From an uncultured Rikenellaceae bacterium (GTDB lineage: Bacteria > Bacteroidota > Bacteroidia > Bacteroidales > VadinHA17): DNA of 64,000 nt. Both the position numbers and the translations under genes were made by a program. Below are positions 20,032 through 28,925 of the stretch, in pieces. How positions within the stretch are numbered: the first letter of the stretch is position 1; each line of letters starts with the position of its first letter. The notes beneath the pieces were generated by a model. That model did not search any database. It saw nothing but the letters and a program-made list of their open reading frames with translations, and was not told the origin of the DNA. The stretch spans positions 347-64,346 of the forward strand of contig CAZXGG010000011.1 of assembly GCA_964640125.1 (NCBI GenBank), read 5' to 3'.

Positions 20032-21099
20032 CTAATTGGTTACTACACTATTTGGGCCAACACCTACCTTCAATGAATCGATCAGCACACCGGAAGAGGT
20101 ATAACGGAACAAATAACCGTCTGCTGTGAAGTTATTGGCAGATAATCCAAAGATCGTTCCATCATTCTGATCAACATCGATGCCATAAAATGACCTGGCG
20201 ATCAATGGCGAACCGGGGGGATTGGTATCTGAAATATCCATTGCATAGATCCCGTCTGCTTCCAGGTAATAGATAACATTGCCATCGTGACTGCAAGCTA
20301 ACCGTACCGGATTGAAATAGTCCCCCGTTTGTCCAACAGCAAATGATTTTGTTACCGACAGGTCATCACTGCTGATAACATAGATCTCCGAATCGGTTTC
20401 ATCAATGATGTTCCAGTCCTGATCATACACCACGTTCCCTTTGCATAAAATCCAGATATCACCGTTCCTGTCAGCAGCAAGATCAATCGGATTGTCCCCT
20501 ACTACGACACTGTCCGTAACCACATCAGCATCAACATCAATAACGCTTATTGTATTATCGTATGTCCACCCGCCACTGTTTGCCACGAATACTCTATCAC
20601 CCCATCGTATCAGGTTTTCAGGTCCGTTGCCAACGGTTATTTCGTCACTAACAGTTAATGAGTGCAAATCAATTACGAGTACGTTGCCTTCAAATGAACC
20701 ATCCGTCAGGTAGCCTTTGGATTTGTTTATTTTCAGGAAATACCGGGGGTAATCGGTCCCGGTAATGGTACCGATGGAGAGGAATGTTTCCATATCAACC
20801 ACTTCAACCTTTTGTGAATTGTTGACTACAATAAATCCTTTATCATCAGCCACTCCAAAGGATTGCACCACATCGCCAAGAATCCTCTGGTTGATGGTTT
20901 GGAACAGTTTATTCACCAGCTTTGCCGAATCGGGATCGTAATAACTGATAGAGCCGTTATTACTCAGAAAACTCCCTTCATTAACAATATAGAGTCCATG
21001 GAGAAATCCCGTGTCTGTTGGTTTGTTCTCCTCCTCTGAGCAGGCAGCCAGAACGGCAATGAACAAAAACAAAATGCAAAATTGAAACGTGATTTTCAT
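20032..21099 (-). CDS. beta-propeller surface lipoprotein (YncE-like), possible BtuG analogue
   Basis: 355 aa with lipobox VLAACS and repeated blade-like units (GLYIVNEGSF..., VFVANSGG..., IWILCKGN...). It lies directly downstream of the TonB-dependent receptor. Confidence 0.6.
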   Translation of the reverse strand: MKITFQFCILFLFIAVLAACSEEENKPTDTGFLHGLYIVNEGSFLSNNGSISYYDPDSAKLVNKLFQTINQRILGDVVQSFGVADDKGFIVVNNSQKVEVVDMETFLSIGTITGTDYPRYFLKINKSKGYLTDGSFEGNVLVIDLHSLTVSDEITVGNGPENLIRWGDRVFVANSGGWTYDNTISVIDVDADVVTDSVVVGDNPIDLAADRNGDIWILCKGNVVYDQDWNIIDETDSEIYVISSDDLSVTKSFAVGQTGDYFNPVRLACSHDGNVIYYLEADGIYAMDISDTNPPGSPLIARSFYGIDVDQNDGTIFGLSANNFTADGYLFRYTSSGVLIDSLKVGVGPNSVVTN

Positions 21100-21110
21100 G
21101 ATGGTTATCA

Positions 21111-21162
21111 GTTATAAGTTAATAAGTTATAAGTTAATAAGTTATAAGTTATAAGTTATAGG
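21111..21162. repeat. tandem array of ATAAGTT(A) words immediately upstream of the propeller gene start
   Basis: gttataagttaataagttataagttaataagttataagttataagttatagg. Confidence 0.8.
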
Positions 21163-21227
21163 ATATTGGATAATGGAATGGTGTGCCATAGGCACGCCTT
21201 TGGCAAATGTTGAACGTTTCCTTTTTC

Positions 21228-21260
21228 CACTCACCTCTCACTTCTCATCGCCTCACTTAC
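21228..21260. repeat. TCAC-type C/T-rich tract abutting the 3' end of the TonB receptor gene
   Basis: cactcacctctcacttctcatcgcctcacttac. It belongs to the same word family as 28511-28620, 28798-28925, 38885-38980 and 49361-49503. Confidence 0.7.
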
Positions 21261-21291
21261 TTTTATCTTTTTACTTTAATCTTTTATCTTG
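21259..21291 (+). repeat. 32-nt T-rich word, copy 1 (one mismatch), overlapping the receptor stop codon
   Basis: acttttatctttttactttaatcttttatcttg. On the minus strand it supplies the last codons KQDKRLK and the stop of the receptor ORF. Confidence 0.8.
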
Positions 21292-23316
21292 TTTTAAATT
21301 CAAAGCCACATTTACATAAAACCCCATTCCGGGCATGGGATAGGAACGCAAAACATGGTAGTTGATATTAAACAGGTTGGTTATCCTGGCTTGAAGCGTG
21401 ACCTGATCTCCCGGACCAAAATGAGCTCCGACCAGGAGGTTATTCAGGTTAAACGGATCCATTTTTTCTGACGGATCGTTTTCCTCGGTGGTATACCGGG
21501 CACCCGTAAATTGGTTGGATAACACAAAATATACTCCTTTATACTGTACTCTCAGGGATCCATTCACTGCATGAACCGGGACGTATTTCAACTGGTTACC
21601 CGGCTGGCTCAAACCATCTGATGAATCTTCGGTTGTTGAGCGTGTACAGTCATATCCGGCTGTAAACTTGCAGGAAAATCCCCCCCATTTTTTATCCAGG
21701 ATCAACGAGGTTTCGACACCCCGTGTCCACACCTTCTTGTAGTTTACCGGGCTCCAGATGCCGTTTACCTCTGAAGGTACCCATTGAATCCAGTTGTTAA
21801 TGTGTGAGGTATAGGCATCGGCATCAATGCGAAGATTCCCTGTTCCGTCATCCGATTTCCAGGTCAGCCATTCAGCCCCCAGATTGAGACCCCATCCCTT
21901 TTCAGGTTTCAGATCCCTGTTCCCTCCGGGTTGCCAGTATTTTTCATTAAAACCGGGTGTTCTGTATTTATTAGACAGGTTCGCCCTTCCGGTAACCCGC
22001 TTTGAATGCGAGGATACCTTTATGCCGGCAGAATAGAGTAAACCGGGATCCTTATAGGGTGTGAAAACTTTCCGTAACGTAAGGTTCGTTATCCAATTGC
22101 CCAGCTGAGCCTTGATGCCACCGAAAATGTCTCCCTGCATTTCACCCTGATCGGATCGGTAGTTGCTGGTATGAACGGTAAGGTAACTGAATGTGCCTCC
22201 TATATCAAACGACACAAAATGATTCAGGTATACTTTCAGGTTTACATCATTCAGTAACCGGTGGCTCTCTATTTTTGAATCAATGATATAATTCTCGTCT
22301 TCTGCATCAAGCTTATCTGTATATCTCAAAAAGTCCATCAGGTAAGCGGACTTGATAATGAGGTTTGATCTTGCTGTCCGTTTGTTCCATTGAATGTATC
22401 CTTTCAGCAGGCTGTCTTTTTGTACCTGGTTTGAAACGCCATACGACCCCATGATCTCAGGGATCTCCTTCTCTTTCTCAAGATACCAGATTCCCAATCC
22501 AAGCGTGTTATTTCCCGGAAGCTTCACCTGCAGGTCCTGCAGGACACTGTACGATACCAGCTTATTGTGATCCAGTTGCACTTTCGGATTCCCTGATTTC
22601 TGGGTATCTGTAAACCAAAAATCATCGTCAGACCGGTTAAAAAATCCAGAAATGCTGTACTGGATCCAGTCATTTCCAACAGCACATTCCAATCCATACC
22701 TCCGGTAGCCGAAGCTTCCTATTCCTGTACTCAATCCCCCGCTCAGTCTGTTGGTCCAGTCCGTCCTGTTTTCCAGCATGATTGATCCCCCGATTGAGCT
22801 ACTGCCATAGAGTGATCCTGAGGCACCATATACCAGGCTGATCTTATCAAAGATCCCAACCGGTATCAGGGAGAGGTCCACCCCGCCCGTTGTCAGTGAA
22901 TTGACAGGGAATCCATGCCAGGTAACGAGTGTATGATTGGATCCAGTGCCCCGGAATGAGATTGAGGTGAGTGAATTGAACCCTCCATAGCTCGACACGC
23001 TCAAGGTTGAATGCTGCGCAAGAAACTCACCGAGGTTCATTGTAAAGTTCCTTGCCAGTTCAAGTGAGTCGATGGATACACATTTGGTATCTTCCGAAAA
23101 GAAGGTAACCCTGGGGTTTGTAATCGTAACCGGGGCAATAAGCAACGTGTCGGGATCACCTGCAAAAACCAATAATTGCAGGGAAACCAGGGGAAAAAGG
23201 GCTAATTGTAAGATGAGCTTTTTCAATGAGATACCCAATCTGTTTAATCCCGAACATATTTTAAACAATGGCAGGTCTTCTGACTTATTCCGATCTTTGA
23301 TTACCTTCCCCCCCAC
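21271..23316 (-). CDS. TonB-dependent receptor (BtuB-like; cobalamin riboswitch controlled)
   Basis: 681 aa with plug motifs SFRGTGSNHTLVTWHGFPVNS and a beta-barrel pattern. The start is uncertain: GTG at 23316, or TTG at 23226 giving MKKLILQLALFPLVSLQLLVFAG. Confidence 0.85.
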   Translation of the reverse strand: MGGKVIKDRNKSEDLPLFKICSGLNRLGISLKKLILQLALFPLVSLQLLVFAGDPDTLLIAPVTITNPRVTFFSEDTKCVSIDSLELARNFTMNLGEFLAQHSTLSVSSYGGFNSLTSISFRGTGSNHTLVTWHGFPVNSLTTGGVDLSLIPVGIFDKISLVYGASGSLYGSSSIGGSIMLENRTDWTNRLSGGLSTGIGSFGYRRYGLECAVGNDWIQYSISGFFNRSDDDFWFTDTQKSGNPKVQLDHNKLVSYSVLQDLQVKLPGNNTLGLGIWYLEKEKEIPEIMGSYGVSNQVQKDSLLKGYIQWNKRTARSNLIIKSAYLMDFLRYTDKLDAEDENYIIDSKIESHRLLNDVNLKVYLNHFVSFDIGGTFSYLTVHTSNYRSDQGEMQGDIFGGIKAQLGNWITNLTLRKVFTPYKDPGLLYSAGIKVSSHSKRVTGRANLSNKYRTPGFNEKYWQPGGNRDLKPEKGWGLNLGAEWLTWKSDDGTGNLRIDADAYTSHINNWIQWVPSEVNGIWSPVNYKKVWTRGVETSLILDKKWGGFSCKFTAGYDCTRSTTEDSSDGLSQPGNQLKYVPVHAVNGSLRVQYKGVYFVLSNQFTGARYTTEENDPSEKMDPFNLNNLLVGAHFGPGDQVTLQARITNLFNINYHVLRSYPMPGMGFYVNVALNLKQDKRLK

Positions 23317-23329
23317 CTTTTTTGATCAC

Positions 23330-23480
23330 CGCGGTGATCCTGGTGGAAAGTGGTCTCGAGTTTTCAAAGATCCTGGCCCCTGAAATACAATGGGACCGGA
23401 ACTTACAGCAGCGGGTACTGTTCAGGTCTTTCACCTGATTCCCTTTTAACAGGAATTTCGAAAGTTCTTCCTGTTACCAT
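23330..23480 (-). promoter_or_regulatory. cobalamin (B12) riboswitch
   Basis: The minus strand reads ...AAAAGGGAATCAGGTGAAAGACCTGAACAGTACCCGCTGCTGTAAG...GAGACCACTTTCCACCAGG.... This matches the conserved AGGGAA-GGTG-AA-CC-CCCGC-CTGTAA core and a B12-box-like segment. It sits directly 5' of a TonB receptor gene. Confidence 0.8.
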
Positions 23481-23590
23481 TGCTTGAACAAATATACTGT
23501 TTTTTTAATTGCTCTTTTGGGATTCTCAATTTTTATTTTTCCATTTCCCCTTGAAAATTGGTTGACTTTTCCGTATTTTGTTATACGTAG

Positions 23591-25630
<2,040 letters not shown>

Positions 25631-25661
25631 ACCTGCCCATCAAGAATTTTCCCCCTGGAAA

Positions 25662-25696
25662 TTCCACCTGGCGGCTGAAGTCCGCTTGGTGGATAA
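25662..25696. repeat. hairpin family A copy 1 (tccacctggcggctgaagtccgcttggtggataaa)
   Basis: Near-identical to 38764-38798. The stem is ccacc.ggcgg / ccgc..ggtgg. Confidence 0.8.
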
Positions 25697-26534
25697 ATGC
25701 CCTTCGTCGGACGAATAATAAACTCATACTATGAACTTGCCAACGCATCTGCCAGTGCTTAATCATAGTATGAGGATTTGGAATCGTCTGACGGATAGTA
25801 ACAGTTAGTTGAATCCCTTAACCACCGGTCCAACTGCCCGGTATTACTCACCGCTTTACAGCGGGTTCGTGAGCTCGCTTCGCTCGGTTCAGCAGGAAGG
25901 CGCTTCATGGACCGTAATTCTCCAAGCGCACAATAGAACAAACCGGGACCGGGAACCGAGAACTGGGAACTGAATTCCCCAACGGGAAATTCCCCCATAG
26001 ACCAAATAGCTCCAGGCTTTTTTTACCAGTTTTTTATCCACCGCTAGCCCAGTGAAATAGCGGCACAGATGATAATGCGAAGCATTATTTCACAGGGCAA
26101 GTCATTTTCACTGTTCGCTCCCGATGCGAACAGGTTACTTTCTTCCCATGATGAAGAAAGTAACCAAAGAAATCGCCGCTTCTGGGAAATTTGCTAACAT
26201 TTTGCTCATTCCTCTAAAAGAAAAGAACTCGCCCTGAATATCTGCACATGCAGATATAAGATGTCAGGGCTCAGACAGCTTTTCTTTATTAACGATTCAT
26301 TCGCAAAATTTTTTAACGCAATTTCCCAAAGGCGGATTTTTCGCCCTTCGGGCGATTGAGGATAAAAACTCCGAAGGAGTTAAATAATGAATAACCACCG
26401 ACTGCCGTCGGTGGCTAATACGAACAAATATACACGGTCCAACCGCTTCGTTATTTAGTAGGAAAACCTTGAATGGACCGGAAGATGTCAGACGTCAAAC
26501 TACAATTCTGATAATGAATTGGAAATTTTTACAT

Positions 26535-26562
26535 GTAGAGACGCCATGCATGGCGTCTCTAC
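26535..26562. repeat. GTAGAGAC...GTCTCTAC hairpin family, copy 1
   Basis: gtagagacgccatgcatggcgtctctac, a perfect 28-nt palindrome. Confidence 0.85.
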
Positions 26563-26704
26563 GTTGGTATAATAATTTGCATTGCGTTTTATTGTATTGT
26601 CGGTCTTAATCAATCTTTATTTTTTAACGAACAATTAATTTTTCCGGTGAAAAAAGATAACAACCGGTAGAAAATCCAACAGCATTTTTTAGTAATATTG
26701 TAAA

Positions 26705-27274
26705 GTGGAACTGTTTTCAAATATCAGACTCGGAATTGGAAGATTGGTTCTTCGCAAAAATCTTAAAAACCTCCAGCGAACCAAGAGAGTTTATAACTTA
26801 ACAACAGCCAGAAAAATTGGTATCCTGTTTGACGGAACCAGGGAAGAAAATTTCGACCGGGTGCTGGAATTCTATAAATTTCTGAAGGAGAAAGGGATCA
26901 ATACCCATGTGCTTGGATATGTCCATTCAAAGGAACTGCCGGATAAATACCTCTTCAAGAAAGATTTTTACTTCATCATGAAGAAGAATATCAACTGGTA
27001 TTACAGACCTGTATCTGAAGATGTGGAGAAGTTTGTTAACAGTAACTTTGATATTCTAATCGACCTTAACCTGGTTGAGGAGTTTCCATGCCAGTTTCTC
27101 ATCGCTATATCTCATGCACATTTCAAGGTGGGTAAATTTACGAGCACCGAAGGATTCTATGACTTCATGATACACATCGATAAAGGAAAAAAGATTGATT
27201 ACTTCATCGAACAGGTCAAACACTACCTGGAAGTGATCAACAGGCCTGAATTATCGTCAACACTGCTGCAATAA
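26705..27274 (+). CDS. conserved hypothetical protein upstream of dapA
   Basis: 189-aa ORF with a GTG start and non-repetitive composition, 15 nt from dapA. No motif recognised. Confidence 0.55.
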   Translation: MELFSNIRLGIGRLVLRKNLKNLQRTKRVYNLTTARKIGILFDGTREENFDRVLEFYKFLKEKGINTHVLGYVHSKELPDKYLFKKDFYFIMKKNINWYYRPVSEDVEKFVNSNFDILIDLNLVEEFPCQFLIAISHAHFKVGKFTSTEGFYDFMIHIDKGKKIDYFIEQVKHYLEVINRPELSSTLLQ

Positions 27275-27289
27275 AATTGCTATACATCC

Positions 27290-28180
27290 ATGAAAAAGTT
27301 TATCGGAACAGGCGTAGCCATTATCACCCCGTTTAAAAGTGATTCCAGCATCGATTTTCAATCATTAAGCAACCTGGTGGATTTTCTGGTTAAAAACAAA
27401 GTCAATTACCTGGTTATTCTGGGTACAACGGGAGAATCCGTCACACAGGCAAAAAAAGAGAAACGGGCTGTAGTCGATTGTGTGATTGAAGTCAACAATA
27501 ACAGGGTACCTGTCGTTGTGGGAATAGGAGGAAATAACACCCTGGATATCGTAAAAAATATTAAAAAATGCCGGTTGGAGGGTATCGATGGAATCTTGTC
27601 GGTTGCTCCCTATTACAACAAACCGGGACAAAAAGGGATTTACCTGCATTATAAAGTCATTGCCGAACATTCACCCGTCCCCGTTATTGTTTACAATGTA
27701 CCCGGAAGAACTGGCATTAATATTACAGCAGAGACGACATTGAAACTTGCGCACGATTTCTCAACGATTGTTGCCGTTAAGGAAGCTTCCGGAAATTTTG
27801 AACAGATGGGCATGATCATACGGGACAGGCCGGATGATTTCCTGGTTATATCCGGCGATGATTCTACAACCCTTCCGCTGATCGCCCTCGGAGGAGATGG
27901 TGTTATCTCAGTACTAGCCAATGCCTATCCGATGGAATGGTCAGAAATGGTCACGCTTGCGCTGGCGGGCAAGTTTGATGCTGCCCGGGACATTCATTAC
28001 CGGTTTACGGATCTTATCCAGGCACTCTTTGTTGAGGGAAATCCAGCCGGGATCAAAGCGGTTATGGCAAATGCTGGTCTGGTCAAGAATTACCTGAGGC
28101 TTCCGTTAACTCCTGTCAGCCGGGGGACTTACTCTAACATTTCCAGGCTGGTTGAAGAGATCGAAGTTAGCCGGAAATAA
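27290..28180 (+). CDS. dapA: 4-hydroxy-tetrahydrodipicolinate synthase
   Basis: 296 aa with GTTGES, YNVPGRTG and the active-site lysine context VAVKEASGN. Confidence 0.93.
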   Translation: MKKFIGTGVAIITPFKSDSSIDFQSLSNLVDFLVKNKVNYLVILGTTGESVTQAKKEKRAVVDCVIEVNNNRVPVVVGIGGNNTLDIVKNIKKCRLEGIDGILSVAPYYNKPGQKGIYLHYKVIAEHSPVPVIVYNVPGRTGINITAETTLKLAHDFSTIVAVKEASGNFEQMGMIIRDRPDDFLVISGDDSTTLPLIALGGDGVISVLANAYPMEWSEMVTLALAGKFDAARDIHYRFTDLIQALFVEGNPAGIKAVMANAGLVKNYLRLPLTPVSRGTYSNISRLVEEIEVSRK

Positions 28181-28263
28181 AATTGGGATTGCCTTTGGCA
28201 GTTAATTGTTAATTGGGTGAAATCCGAAATAATAAAATCCCTTCCTTTTAAGGACATTCTCAA

Positions 28264-28401
28264 GAGGCTGTCTCAAAAGCCAAATTTTTAGTCATCCTGA
28301 ACTTGATTCAGGATCTTATACGATTGATTATTAATATGTTGAGATTCTGATCCGCCGATGGCGGACAGAATGACGATCTTTGGGACTTTTGAGACAGCCC
28401 C
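28264..28401 (+). mobile_element. MITE-like element copy 1 (about 138 bp, TIR ggctgtctcaaaag)
   Basis: A perfect 14-bp terminal inverted repeat. The body is identical to the reverse complement of 35352-35482 except for one internal loop. Confidence 0.8.
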
Positions 28402-28465
28402 TTGATATATTACGAGACATTTCGTGTAAAAAAAAACAAACCTGATGTTTCTGGTTAACCGGATA

Positions 28466-28493
28466 TTAAGACGCCCAGGTTGGGCGTCTCTAC
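28466..28493. repeat. GTAGAGAC hairpin family, copy 2 (degenerate left arm)
   Basis: ttaagacgcccaggttgggcgtctctac. Confidence 0.7.
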
Positions 28494-28510
28494 AATAGTT
28501 GAAAAGGCGG

Positions 28511-28620
28511 CACTCTCTCACAACTCACTACTCACTTCTCTTCGTCTCAAAGTCTCACAGTCACATCGTCTCTCCGTCCCCCAGTCACATCATCTTTTTT
28601 TTTACCGAGAACCGAGCACC
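28511..28620 (+). repeat. TCAC-type C/T-rich tract plus conserved 43-nt module
   Basis: cactctctcacaactcactactcacttctc.... The segment cccccagtcacatcatc-T10-accgagaaccgagcacc (28578-28620) recurs at 49379-49422. Confidence 0.75.
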
Positions 28621-28635
28621 TGAAAAAAGTCATTT

Positions 28636-28784
28636 GGTTAGTAGTTATTAAGTTATTGAGTACATCGATGTAAACCTTTGATTTAAAGGTATTTGTCTGA
28701 TTTTTTTGTTTAATACCTTGCCACCAATTTTCAAGTTTTCCATTCAGACACCTTAATAACCTAATAACTTAATAACCCACTAAC
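28636..28784. repeat. long-range inverted repeat of TTATTAAGTTA words (about 25-nt arms, about 90-nt spacer)
   Basis: ggttagtagttattaagttattgag pairs with ccttaataacctaataacttaataacccactaac. Confidence 0.6.
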
Positions 28785-28797
28785 TTTATCCATTTAT

Positions 28798-28925
28798 TTC
28801 ACACTTCTCCTCTCTGACTCACCGTCTCTCAGTCACTTCGTCACACAGTCACTCACCTCTCACTACTCTATGCCACTTGCCCCATACTCTATGCTAATGC
28901 CTCACTCATCATTCATCATTCCCCC
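28798..28925 (+). repeat. TCAC-type C/T-rich tract abutting the secA stop codon
   Basis: ttcacacttctcctctctgactcaccgtctctcagtcacttcgtcacacagtcactcacctctcac...ctctatgctaatgcctcactcatcattcatcatt. The last part recurs at 38909-38940. Confidence 0.75.

Larger units (their letters stand above)
25631..26704. repeat. 1.07-kb ORF-free mosaic of short hairpin modules
   Basis: At least 11 distinct stem-loops were read by eye (see findings). Several recur elsewhere in the window. Confidence 0.75.

Noticed and set aside
23324-23339. Perfect 16-nt palindrome gatcaccgcggtgatc between the riboswitch and the receptor start, considered as an intrinsic terminator of the riboswitch expression platform.
   Set aside because: On the transcribed (minus) strand it is followed by A6, not by a U-run. 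It more likely belongs to a translation-sequestering helix, and I cannot fold it reliably by eye.
26535-26562. CGTCTC/GAGACG (BsmBI/Esp3I sites) in the hairpin family, considered as a sign of synthetic or cloning-vector sequence.
   Set aside because: The five copies are diverged, with self-consistent inner stems, and they sit in native-looking spacers. That pattern fits a natural repeat family.
25631-26704. CRISPR array as an explanation for the repeated hairpins.
   Set aside because: The hairpins are all different from each other, they are irregularly spaced, and no cas genes are present.
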